From Parcubacteria group bacterium (GTDB taxonomy: Bacteria; Patescibacteriota; Minisyncoccia; Moranbacterales; UBA11712), in NCBI GenBank assembly GCA_041661585.1, contig JBAZUC010000003.1, positions 1-34,668 on the forward strand: a stretch of DNA of 34,668 nucleotides. Reading direction: 5' to 3'. The notes below the pieces were generated by a model. It did no database searches, was not told where the DNA came from, and saw only the letters and a program-made list of their open reading frames with translations. Positions 22,400-30,449 of this stretch are shown here, one piece after another. Both the position numbers and the translations under genes were made by a program. How positions within the stretch are numbered: the stretch's first letter is position 1; each line of letters begins with the position of its first letter.

Positions 22400-22978
22400 C
22401 TAGATTCTCGACTGGACTGCATTTCCTGAGAAGGAAAACCCACCAAAAACGTTCGCCAGAGAACTGCATGCTCCCGAGGCAACCTGCCTTGCTCCGGACG
22501 AATTTTCGTCGGACATGCTTAATGGACAGGTAGCACTCGTTCCCTTGAGGACAAAATCTCCTTGGGCATAGGGAGTCCAATCGTAAGCATCCTTCACTCT
22601 CACAACAAAATTGTATGTAGTGTCGTCGATAGGCAATATCCCCTTAGGCACAGTCAGTGTATACGTGCCGGGCGGATTGTTCCCGGATCCCCATTTTTGT
22701 ATTCCGGTATCATACAGAACTGTTGTAAATATTGAATCTCGGCTGATCGCCACTTGGTAATCAGAAAATGGATGCCCGGATGTTGTAAAGCTTATTTTAG
22801 GCGTGGTAGGATCTGTCATATTCGGCATGGGCGGTTGAACACAAACTTGAATATTCGCATTATTCGCCGCAGCGTTGGCTTTGCCACCGAGAAATATCGA
22901 CAGCAAAAAAAGGAAAGCAATTAATATTATCTTGACATCTACTCCACCTATTTTATTTTTATTTTTTGTTGTAGCCAT
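22400..22978 (-). CDS. Secreted protein, shorter paralog of 21229-22269 (shared N-terminal domain only)
   Basis: Signal-like IILIAFLFLLSIFLGGKANAAA. The domain NIQVCVQPP...VRVKDAYDWTPYAQGDFVL is shared. DNA-level similarity is visible, for example 22575-22620 versus 21885-21925. Confidence 0.6.
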   Translation of the reverse strand: MATTKNKNKIGGVDVKIILIAFLFLLSIFLGGKANAAANNANIQVCVQPPMPNMTDPTTPKISFTTSGHPFSDYQVAISRDSIFTTVLYDTGIQKWGSGNNPPGTYTLTVPKGILPIDDTTYNFVVRVKDAYDWTPYAQGDFVLKGTSATCPLSMSDENSSGARQVASGACSSLANVFGGFSFSGNAVQSRI

Positions 22979-23040
22979 AATAGTTTTTTGTCCCGCGTAA
23001 TATTAACTATATTCTCACGAAACAGAATCTGCTTATTGCT

Positions 23041-23069
23041 ATTATACAATTAAAATCAAATCCGTGCAA
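23041..23069 (-). promoter_or_regulatory. Sigma70-type promoter upstream of the 192-aa secreted protein
   Basis: On the minus strand: TTGCAC (23069-23064), a 17-nt spacer, then TATAAT (23046-23041). It lies about 63 nt upstream of the ATG at 22978. Confidence 0.45.
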
Positions 23070-23089
23070 ATTGATACAAATAGAGCAGC

Positions 23090-24103
23090 CTAGCTATCCA
23101 AAATATCCCTGCAATATCCACAATCATAGCAGTTATGCTTGCATTTTGACCTGACTTTGAAAAAATCATCCGGATAGGTTTTTGAGTAATTGCCTTTTTC
23201 ACTCTCGGGATTATTTTTGAAATAGGACTGCGCGAAATATGTTCCGCCATAGCTTGAAAGCATCGCTCTTTTGATGGAAATATCTCTTTCTTCAATATAT
23301 TCTTTGAGAAGTTCAACAACTGTGGTTGTGTCCATTCCGGCATAATATGATCCCCGGCTTGCAATTTTGAATTCATCAACCAAATCGCAATAATTGGACA
23401 AAAATTTAGGCGGTATGTATTGACCAGTCAAAAAACGCCAATGCTCAGGAGACTCGAATTTTTGGCAATAAAATATCCTATCCGAAGGATGGTCTTTTTT
23501 CCTCATAGTGTTGGAGCATGAATGAAAATTCTGGTCAGGACATTCGAAGATGCAACCTTCATTCACCATAAGCTTCAACCTAAGCTTGGGATAACGGCTC
23601 CGCACTGATTTGATATACTTTGGATCGAATGTTTTCCGGCGGCCGATATTATAAGAAACGATATAATTTCCTTTCAAATCACGTTCGAGCAGCTGATCCA
23701 ACTGATTGAGGCTGTTGATATCGTTTATTATGGAAATATTCAGTTTGTATTTTGTAATTTTTAAAAATGAATCAAGAACATACGTGCCATTCAGAGTGAT
23801 TAGATCCGGCTTGAAATAGTCGGCTGATAGAAGAAGTGTTTTTATAATTTTCGGATCGTCTATGCCGTCGAAATTAAATACCAAATTGAATTCTATTTTT
23901 TCTTTTTTCAATCTTTTCCTCAAATCAAGCATCTCTTCTTTTGTCACATGCGGAACAGCCCTTGAACTTGCGATATTCATTGAGGTTGGCGGCGCCGTAT
24001 AGACCGAGGAGATATAATATTTGTAAGGCAATATAATCTGATCAAAAAAATCTTTTTTGCCATTGTAGCCAATACTTATTTTCTTTCGATATTTTGTGTT
24101 CAT
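23090..24103 (-). CDS. Cys-rich TIM-barrel-like protein, possibly U32-peptidase-family-like (uncertain)
   Basis: 337 aa. The layout SSVYTAPP...SSR...EEMLDLRKRLKKEKIEFNLVFN...LKLMVNEGCIFECPDQNFHSCS loosely parallels U32 family proteins (avY...R...eel...vN...vHGAlC..SG.C). The C-terminus carries CKHNCYDCGYC. Confidence 0.3.
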   Translation of the reverse strand: MNTKYRKKISIGYNGKKDFFDQIILPYKYYISSVYTAPPTSMNIASSRAVPHVTKEEMLDLRKRLKKEKIEFNLVFNFDGIDDPKIIKTLLLSADYFKPDLITLNGTYVLDSFLKITKYKLNISIINDINSLNQLDQLLERDLKGNYIVSYNIGRRKTFDPKYIKSVRSRYPKLRLKLMVNEGCIFECPDQNFHSCSNTMRKKDHPSDRIFYCQKFESPEHWRFLTGQYIPPKFLSNYCDLVDEFKIASRGSYYAGMDTTTVVELLKEYIEERDISIKRAMLSSYGGTYFAQSYFKNNPESEKGNYSKTYPDDFFKVRSKCKHNCYDCGYCRDILDS

Positions 24104-24194
24104 TTCTATAATATTATATCCAAAATTTTAGCATATTTTCGGCCTATATTCAATTTTGACATGCCGAAAGACAGCCGGCTTGGTTGAAATAGCA

Positions 24195-24222
24195 AAGAAG
24201 AAGCCCGGGAGAGCTTCTTCTT
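24195..24222 (-). terminator. Hairpin downstream of ftsZ (probable terminator)
   Basis: 10-bp perfect stem AAGAAGAAGC / GCTTCTTCTT with an 8-nt loop. On the minus strand it is followed by TTTGCTATTT. Confidence 0.4.
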
Positions 24223-24247
24223 ATTGATAGTATATACTTTAAGAGAC

Positions 24248-25453
24248 CTATTTTTTCATTTTCCGCCTGATAAATGCCGGGATTTCCAGTTCTTCCTCTT
24301 CTTCCTCGCCGATCGAACTTGTTTTCGATTCGAAATTGATTTGCCGTTTCGGCTTCGAAGAAACTTTTTCTTCAATGATGAACTTGGGCTTTTCGTCGGC
24401 CATCGAAGGGGCAGCTGCCGTCATAGAATCTTCGAGAGTGCTTTTTATTTCTCTCGCCATCGAAGCCGGAGAAGAAAGTGCCGTCTCGCTCACCGCTTCC
24501 GCATCAAAACCGGCCGCGACCACCGTGATCATGAGTTCTCCCTTCTTCGCTGATTCATCAACGGAGGCTCCGAAGATGACTTTGGCGTTCGGATCAATGC
24601 TTTCAGTAATCACATTCGCCGCTTCATTGATCTCAAGCATTGTCATATCAGGACCGCCACTAACATTGAAAAGAATGCCTTTCGCGCCATCAATGGAAAA
24701 TTCAAGCAAAGGACTGTTGATCGCTGCCTTGGCCGCTTCCGATGCCCTGTTTTCGCCCGCTCCCGTTCCAATTCCCATGAGAGCGCTGCCTGAGTCCTGG
24801 AGAATAGCTTTTACGTCGGCAAAGTCGACATTGACGATACCGGGCTTCGAGATCAGATCTGAAATTCCCTGAACACCTTGCCGGAGAACATCATCGACTA
24901 CTCGGAAAGCATTTATGAGAGTTGTTTTTCTGTCGATTATTTGAAGCAAGCGGTCATTGGATATGGTGATGAGAGCATCCACTCTGTCTTTCAAATTTTC
25001 AAGGCCTTCGGCTCCGATCGCCTTTCTTTGTGCTCCTTCAAAGCTAAATGGTTTGGTCACGACAGCAATTGTGAGCGCTCCGGCTTCTTTGGCAACTTCG
25101 GCGACGATCGGCGCTCCTCCCGTTCCGGTTCCGCCCCCCATACCGCAGGTGACGAAAACCATATCGGCGCCCTTGAGCACTTCGGCGATTTCATCCCGGT
25201 TCTCTTCGGCTGCCTGGCGGCCGATTTCAGGATTCATTCCGGCTCCCAATCCTTTGGTAAGATTTTTTCCAATGTGGATTTTTTCCGCCGCCTTGGAATG
25301 ATGCAGATCTTGCGCGTCCGTGTTGATCGCCACGAATTCAACGCCTCGCAGCTTGCACTCGATCATTCGACTGATCGCGTTGCTTCCTGATCCTCCTACG
25401 CCGACCACTTTTATCCTTGCAAATGTTTCAATTTCCGGTTTTACTTCGGCCAT
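24248..25453 (-). CDS. ftsZ: Cell division GTPase FtsZ
   Basis: Motifs GVGGSGSNA and the tubulin signature [10 protein letters not shown], plus the conserved C-terminal peptide [10 protein letters not shown]. Confidence 0.97.
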   Translation of the reverse strand: MAEVKPEIETFARIKVVGVGGSGSNAISRMIECKLRGVEFVAINTDAQDLHHSKAAEKIHIGKNLTKGLGAGMNPEIGRQAAEENRDEIAEVLKGADMVFVTCGMGGGTGTGGAPIVAEVAKEAGALTIAVVTKPFSFEGAQRKAIGAEGLENLKDRVDALITISNDRLLQIIDRKTTLINAFRVVDDVLRQGVQGISDLISKPGIVNVDFADVKAILQDSGSALMGIGTGAGENRASEAAKAAINSPLLEFSIDGAKGILFNVSGGPDMTMLEINEAANVITESIDPNAKVIFGASVDESAKKGELMITVVAAGFDAEAVSETALSSPASMAREIKSTLEDSMTAAAPSMADEKPKFIIEEKVSSKPKRQINFESKTSSIGEEEEEELEIPAFIRRKMKK

Positions 25454-25527
25454 AATATTTGTGGTATTGACTAATAAGCTAGTATGTCAATCTAGCATAT
25501 AGCATCAAAAAATGTCAAGAAGTTTAT

Positions 25528-25656
25528 CAAATCCCAACAATCAAGCACCATTAATCAAATAATAACCAATTTCCAAGTCCCAACAACCAAAATTGGTTAT
25601 TCGGTCATTGATTATTGCGATTTATTTGGATATTGGTTTTTGATGTTTGAGATTTG
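25528..25656. repeat. Long AT-rich imperfect palindrome in the ftsA-ftsZ spacer
   Basis: The core is a perfect 11-bp stem, ATAACCAATTT (25561-25571) with AAATTGGTTAT (25589-25599). The outer arms CAAATCCCAACAATCAAGCACCA... and ...TTTTTGATGTTTGAGATTTG are imperfect complements with indels. Confidence 0.5.
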
Positions 25657-25667
25657 AAAGCTTTTGC

Positions 25668-26924
25668 CTACGGCAAAAACTTCCTGAACCATCCTTTCAT
25701 CTTTTCCACTGTTTTCCCCATATTTGGAAGATTGTCCATTCCTGGAAGTTTCAAATTTGAAGAAGAATGCGTCGGTATTTCTTCCATACCCCAAAGCGCC
25801 AGTCCCACAGCGCAAACGAATCCCGGCTCATCCACCTTGTCAACAATACCCCCAAGATCCGTCGGGAAACCAGTTTGCGCGGGAAGACGAAGGATCTTTT
25901 TGGCGATATCCACAGCTCCCGGAAGTTTTGCTCCCCCGCCGACAAGCACCGCACCCGCTGGAAGCATTCCCGAACGGCCTGTTTTTCGAAGCTCCTTGTC
26001 AACCAATGTGAATATTTCTTCAAGCCGCGCCTCAATGATCTCCGCGATGTGATGGCGGGAAATTTCCCCCTCTTCATTTTGATCTATTTCAGAAAGATTG
26101 ATTTGTTCTTTTTTGCTGATTTCGTCCGGAAGCGCCGAGCCATAGTTGATCTTCACCTTTTCCGCCACGTCAATTGAAGTTCGGAGGCCAATGGCAATAT
26201 CATTTGTAATATGCCCGCTACCGATCGGAACCACTCCCATCTGGACCAATTCTCCTTCTTCAAAGACTATGAAATTCGTCGTTCCGCCTCCCATATCGAC
26301 AAGAACCACGCCCAGTTCCTTTTGCCGCTTGCTGAGCGCCGATTTGGCTGCCGCCAGTCCCCCAAAAACAAGATCGTCGATCTCCACGCCGGCCTGATAG
26401 ACGCATTTGGAAAGATTTTTGATAAAGGGGGTCGAACCCAGTACCAAAAGCGAATTCACTTCAAGGCGGATGCCGTTCATACCGATCGGATCTTTCACGT
26501 TTTTTTGGTCATCGACTGAATAGTTGCGAGGGATCACGTGCAGGATTTCTGTATTCGAAGGAAGTGAAATGGTTTCTGCTGCACTCAAAACCCGCGACAG
26601 ATCGTCGCTTGTGATTTCCCCGTCCGCCTTTCCGGTCGCCACCACTCCCTGACTTTCTTGCGAGCTGATATGGCTTCCTCCCACGCTGACGATCGCTCGC
26701 GAAACAGGAATGCCAGAAGTCCGCTCGGCGTTCCCGGCAGCAGCTCCAATGGATTTGATTGTTTCTTCGACATCAGACACGACTCCCCGCCGCATTCCAG
26801 CAGAAGGCGCCACACCCACTCCCATCACGCGCGGATTTTCCTCTCCTTCGAATTTCTGCAGAATCACCGCTCGAACATTCGAAGATCCGACATCAAGGCC
26901 GATGACAATATCACCTTTTGACAT
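25668..26924 (-). CDS. ftsA: Cell division protein FtsA (actin-like ATPase)
   Basis: Motifs IGLDVGSSNVRAV, VLVDMGGGTTNF and LVGGGAKLPG. Lies immediately upstream of ftsZ. Confidence 0.95.
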   Translation of the reverse strand: MSKGDIVIGLDVGSSNVRAVILQKFEGEENPRVMGVGVAPSAGMRRGVVSDVEETIKSIGAAAGNAERTSGIPVSRAIVSVGGSHISSQESQGVVATGKADGEITSDDLSRVLSAAETISLPSNTEILHVIPRNYSVDDQKNVKDPIGMNGIRLEVNSLLVLGSTPFIKNLSKCVYQAGVEIDDLVFGGLAAAKSALSKRQKELGVVLVDMGGGTTNFIVFEEGELVQMGVVPIGSGHITNDIAIGLRTSIDVAEKVKINYGSALPDEISKKEQINLSEIDQNEEGEISRHHIAEIIEARLEEIFTLVDKELRKTGRSGMLPAGAVLVGGGAKLPGAVDIAKKILRLPAQTGFPTDLGGIVDKVDEPGFVCAVGLALWGMEEIPTHSSSNLKLPGMDNLPNMGKTVEKMKGWFRKFLP

Positions 26925-26974
26925 ATATTGAATTTAAGCTATTCTCCTTCTATATGCTTTATTATATACAAAAT

Positions 26975-27346
26975 TCAGCTTGCAAACAAATCCTTTATAT
27001 ATGGATAAAATATGATCACACCAACGATCACCGCTCCAATTGAAGAAATCAGAACCGCCGCCGCCATAATGTCTTTCACGAGCTGGGCGTAGGGATGCAT
27101 GCGGGGTTTGAGCATATCAACCACCCGCTCGAATATCGTGTTTATGAGCTCGATCACCAGCACAGCGAAAATGACAATGAAGAGCGCGATTTTTTCAAGA
27201 CTGCGCGTCGGGAACAAATACATCAAAATTACGATGAATATTCCGCCCAGAATCTCTAGCTGAAAGTTCTGTTCATTTTTGGTGACATATTTGAGCCCGC
27301 GGCCGGCGTATTTGAAACTTTTGAAAAGTTTTTTGAAATTATCCAT
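26975..27346 (-). CDS. dgkA: Diacylglycerol/undecaprenol kinase (DgkA family)
   Basis: 123 aa with three TM segments. Motifs NEQNFQLE and ELINTIFERVVD. Confidence 0.8.
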   Translation of the reverse strand: MDNFKKLFKSFKYAGRGLKYVTKNEQNFQLEILGGIFIVILMYLFPTRSLEKIALFIVIFAVLVIELINTIFERVVDMLKPRMHPYAQLVKDIMAAAVLISSIGAVIVGVIIFYPYIKDLFAS

Positions 27347-27353
27347 CTCTGCT

Positions 27354-27776
27354 TCAGAATTTTAAATTTGAAATTTTGTCCTGCACTTCATACATTTTCT
27401 TCCCGTGCCGCCACCCCAAAATATGCAGCACTCCGTGCGCCAGAACAAAAGCCAACTCACGCGAAAAATCAACTTTGTTGTCGCGAGCATTTTTTGCAAT
27501 AACATTGGGACAAAGCACTAGTTCCCCTTCTAGGCTTTTTCCTGCCTTATTATACCCCGAATCCAAATTAAACGAAAGCACATCTGTGGATTTGTTTTTT
27601 TCCCTATATTTCCGGTTGATTTTCCGGCTTTCCGCTTCACCGACAAAAACAATTGATATGTCAAAACAATCCACGTTTTCACAGGACATTTTAACGGTTT
27701 TCCGCACAACTTTTCGCGCAAAATCGGAATCGATTCTTTTCTTTGTGAGATTGGCAATTTCGATGGAAGTTTTCAT
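27354..27776 (-). CDS. ybeY: rRNA maturation endoribonuclease YbeY
   Basis: Zinc motif HGVLHILGWRH. The track start at 27812 is TTG and lies inside the terminator T-run. I prefer the ATG at 27776 (MKTSIEI...). Confidence 0.85.
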   Translation of the reverse strand: MKTSIEIANLTKKRIDSDFARKVVRKTVKMSCENVDCFDISIVFVGEAESRKINRKYREKNKSTDVLSFNLDSGYNKAGKSLEGELVLCPNVIAKNARDNKVDFSRELAFVLAHGVLHILGWRHGKKMYEVQDKISNLKF

Positions 27777-27804
27777 TGATTTTATTCTATCGATAATCGT
27801 GCCA

Positions 27805-27848
27805 AAAAGCAAAACCCCGCCCCGCTAAGCGGAACGGGGCATTTTTTT
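27805..27848 (-). terminator. Rho-independent terminator (hairpin with T-runs on both strands)
   Basis: CCCCG-CC-CCGC-TAA-GCGG-AA-CGGGG (27815-27839). On the minus strand it is followed by UUUUGCUUUUU; on the plus strand by T7. Confidence 0.6.
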
Positions 27849-27856
27849 GAAATCAT

Positions 27857-28309
27857 TTATCCCAATTCTTCTTCCACCACTTTCTTCACCGCGTCGCCGT
27901 CGGCCTCATCTTTGAGCTGCGCCATCGCCGCGCCCATCAATTTTCCGAATCCGGACTTGTCGGCGATACTGAGTTCCTGCATTTTCGCTTTCACGACTTC
28001 CCGAATTTTTTCAACGCCGGCTTGTGCGGGAAGATAGTTTTCGAGGATCGTCATCTCCGCCTTTTCTTTGTCGGCCAATTCTTGCCGACCGCCTTTTTCA
28101 TATTCGGCAATAGAATCTTTCCTTTGCTTCACCTGCCGGCGGATGACCGCAATGACTTCTTCATCTTTGAGATACTCTTCATCCTTGGTTTTGACCTCAA
28201 TCTGATGATTTTTGATCGCCGAAATGAGAAAGCGCAAAACGCCGGTTTTTTCTTTTTCGCCGGATTTGAGCGCGGATTTGAGATCGGCTTCGATTTGTTG
28301 ATGCAACAT
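27857..28309 (-). CDS. GatB/YqeY domain protein
   Basis: 150 aa. The segments LKSALKSGEKEKTGVLRFLISAIKN...IAEYEKGGRQELADKEKAE are typical of the YqeY family. The rpsU-yqeY-ybeY-dgkA synteny supports the call. Confidence 0.85.
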   Translation of the reverse strand: MLHQQIEADLKSALKSGEKEKTGVLRFLISAIKNHQIEVKTKDEEYLKDEEVIAVIRRQVKQRKDSIAEYEKGGRQELADKEKAEMTILENYLPAQAGVEKIREVVKAKMQELSIADKSGFGKLMGAAMAQLKDEADGDAVKKVVEEELG

Positions 28310-28314
28310 ATTTT

Positions 28315-28572
28315 TTATTGGTCGCTAACTTTTTTCTTTACGCGTTTGAAAGATTCTTCGTCAAACTTTCCCATTTTCTTGAGCTTATCAACTTCTTTTT
28401 TGACCTTCGCCCGGTATTGAGCCGACTCGCGGACTTGGCGGCGGCTTTTGTCTTTTTTGTAGAAACGCCCTTTGCGCACAGAAAGCAGCACTCCGCTCTG
28501 CTGAACGCGACGCGAAAAACGCCGGATCAAACTTTCCGATGTTTCACGATCTTTCTTTTTTACTTGGATCAT
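28315..28572 (-). CDS. rpsU: 30S ribosomal protein S21
   Basis: MIQVKKKDRETSESLIRRFSRRVQQSGVLLSVRKGRFYKKDKSRRQVRE. SD GAGAGGGGG lies upstream of the ATG at 28572. The track start at 28623 adds 17 unlikely residues. Confidence 0.85.
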   Translation of the reverse strand: MIQVKKKDRETSESLIRRFSRRVQQSGVLLSVRKGRFYKKDKSRRQVRESAQYRAKVKKEVDKLKKMGKFDEESFKRVKKKVSDQ

Positions 28573-28609
28573 AGGTAACCCCCTCTCTAAATAATGTTCA
28601 ATTTCTAAA

Positions 28610-28957
28610 TTACATCGGACCAATATTCTCTGACAATCTCGCTCCCCCGATCAAATGCAAATGGATGTGTCCCACTTCCTGTCCTCCGTGCTCTCCGACC
28701 CGAAACAAAAGCTTATACCCATTTTCGGAAATTTTCAAGTCCGAAGCGATCTTTTTGGCCGCCCTGACCAATTTCCCCATCAACAATGTGTCTTTTTCGG
28801 AAATATCCGCGACGGACGCAATATGCTTTTTCGGAATCACCAAGATATGCACCGGCGCGATCGGATGCGCGTCGCGGAAAGCAATGATGTCCTCGTCCTC
28901 ATATATGATATCGGCGGGAATTTCTTTTTGGGCGATTTTGCAAAAAATACAATCCAT
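28610..28957 (-). CDS. HIT-family (histidine triad) nucleotide hydrolase
   Basis: CIFCKIAQKEIPADIIYEDE and the histidine triad HIHLHLIGG. Confidence 0.85.
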   Translation of the reverse strand: MDCIFCKIAQKEIPADIIYEDEDIIAFRDAHPIAPVHILVIPKKHIASVADISEKDTLLMGKLVRAAKKIASDLKISENGYKLLFRVGEHGGQEVGHIHLHLIGGARLSENIGPM

Positions 28958-28967
28958 AAATTCTGCA

Positions 28968-30320
28968 TTACTTTTTCAGTCTTCTCTTCACCTCGTCCAC
29001 CAGCTTGTTGGCGTTGATTGTTTCCTGCATTCCGCTGGCCATTTCCTTCACAATGACAGTTCCGTCAATCGCTTCTTTTTGCCCGAGAATGAGCGTGATA
29101 TCAACTCTCAAGCGGTCAGCGATCTTGAGCTGGGATTTGAGACTTCCCCGTCCAAAACTTTCCGCGACAATGATGCCGTTGCGTTCCAGAGATTCAAACA
29201 TCCGCAAACTTTTTCTTTTGGCAAAATTTCCGAGCTGCGCCAAAAAGACGCGCGCTTGGGGCGGGCGGTAGGTTTTCAAGCCCATTTTCTTCATTTCATT
29301 GACCACCCGGTCCATTCCAATGGCAAATCCGACCGCCGGCGTATCCTCGCCGCCGAGCAGTTTCACCAGCCCGTCATACCGGCCGCCTCCGCCGAGCGCT
29401 TTTTTCTTCGCACCTTCCTCAACCGGTCCCGCAAAAAGTTCAAAAACGGTTTTTGTATAATAATCAAGACCCCGTACGAGATTTGGATCAATCTCAAACG
29501 GAATTTCAAGCTCATCAAGATATTCAAGCAGGTCTTTGAAGTGCGACCGGCAATCTTCACAAAGATGATCAACAGATTGCGGCGCGTTTTGGCCAACCTG
29601 GACGCATTTGTCTTCTTTGCAATCAAGAATGCGCAAAGGATTGATCTCGAGCCTTTTTTTGCAGTCGATGCAAAGTTTTTGGCGTTTTGATTCAAAATAG
29701 CTCACCAGAAGATTGCGATATTGCTTGCGGCAATGCGGACAGCCGATGCTGTTGACATGCACGGTCACATTTTTGATCCCAAGCTGAAAAATGATCCGCC
29801 AGGCCATCTGGATCATTTGTGCGTCAATGATCGCGTCCTGCTCGCCAAAAGCTTCGCACCCAAACTGAAAAAATTCGCGAAATCTTCCTTCTTGCGGACG
29901 GTCATATCGGTAGCAAGGACCGGTATAGAAAAGTTTCACCGGTTTTGACTCGACTTGCATTCCGTTTTGGATATACGAACGGGCGATTCCGGCTGTGAAC
30001 TCGGGACGCAAGGAAACTTTCTCGCCGCCTTTCGTTGAAAATGAGTACATTTCTTTTTCGATGATATCCGTGCCGTTGCCGATCCCGCGAGTGAAAAGGT
30101 TTGTGAATTCGACGATGGGCGTATCGATCCGGCGATAGCCAAAATCAGCCGCCGCTTTTTCGGAGACTTTTCTCACTTGCTGCCAATACGGCTGGTCTTT
30201 CGGCAAAACATCCCTCATTCCGCGCGGAGGCTGGAGGAGAAGTTCTTCTTTGACCTCAACCGGTTTTTGCTTTTTGGCAGTTTTGACAGTTTTTTTCGTT
30301 GTCTGATTTTTCTTAGCCAT
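28968..30320 (-). CDS. hisS: Histidine--tRNA ligase
   Basis: Motifs GMRDVLP, LRPEFT, YRYDRPQEGRFREFFQ and GGGRYDGL, plus an anticodon-binding C-terminus. The track start at 30335 is TTG; I prefer the ATG at 30320 (MAKKNQ...). Confidence 0.95.
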   Translation of the reverse strand: MAKKNQTTKKTVKTAKKQKPVEVKEELLLQPPRGMRDVLPKDQPYWQQVRKVSEKAAADFGYRRIDTPIVEFTNLFTRGIGNGTDIIEKEMYSFSTKGGEKVSLRPEFTAGIARSYIQNGMQVESKPVKLFYTGPCYRYDRPQEGRFREFFQFGCEAFGEQDAIIDAQMIQMAWRIIFQLGIKNVTVHVNSIGCPHCRKQYRNLLVSYFESKRQKLCIDCKKRLEINPLRILDCKEDKCVQVGQNAPQSVDHLCEDCRSHFKDLLEYLDELEIPFEIDPNLVRGLDYYTKTVFELFAGPVEEGAKKKALGGGGRYDGLVKLLGGEDTPAVGFAIGMDRVVNEMKKMGLKTYRPPQARVFLAQLGNFAKRKSLRMFESLERNGIIVAESFGRGSLKSQLKIADRLRVDITLILGQKEAIDGTVIVKEMASGMQETINANKLVDEVKRRLKK

Positions 30321-30327
30321 ATGCGTG

Positions 30328-30429
30328 AATTTCAAATTCTAAATTTTAAATTTTAAATCAATTTTTAATTTTCCAATGACAGAATTTTAAAACATTTGAA
30401 ATTTAGTCATTTAGAATTGATTTGAAATT
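30328..30429. repeat. AT-rich imperfect palindrome in the lepB-hisS spacer
   Basis: AATTTCAAATTCTAAAT (30328-30344) pairs with ATTTAGAATTGATTTGAAATT (30409-30429), which is its complement with a 3-nt insertion. The surrounding sequence consists of AAATTT/GAAATT-type motifs. Confidence 0.45.
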
Positions 30430-30449
30430 TTAAATTTGAAATTGAAAAT

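Noticed and set aside
22326-22580. 84-aa minus-strand ORF overlapping the 3' end of the 192-aa secreted protein. I considered it as a frameshifted continuation that would restore a longer paralog.
   Set aside because: Its translation shows none of the W-x-W-x-C or Cys-module patterns of the 346-aa paralog. There is no evidence for a frameshift, so the 192-aa protein is treated as a naturally shorter paralog.
24336-25390. Plus-strand ORFs of 178, 170 and 114 aa
   Set aside because: They are antisense to ftsZ. Their Ala/Ser/Pro-rich translations are typical of the reverse frame of a GC-richer gene.
27815-27839. CCCCG...CGGGG hairpin, considered as related to the ACCCCGTTAGAAA element
   Set aside because: The similarity is limited to the CCCCG stem end. 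The context (T-runs, intergenic position) fits an ordinary intrinsic terminator.
28665-29690. 341-aa plus-strand ORF
   Set aside because: It is entirely antisense to hisS and the HIT gene, both of which have unambiguous family motifs. It is a shadow ORF.
30336-30449. Possible T-box leader upstream of hisS
   Set aside because: The spacer is only about 115-130 nt of AT-rich repeats. It has no specifier-loop or T-box-like conserved sequence visible, so it is too short and too simple.
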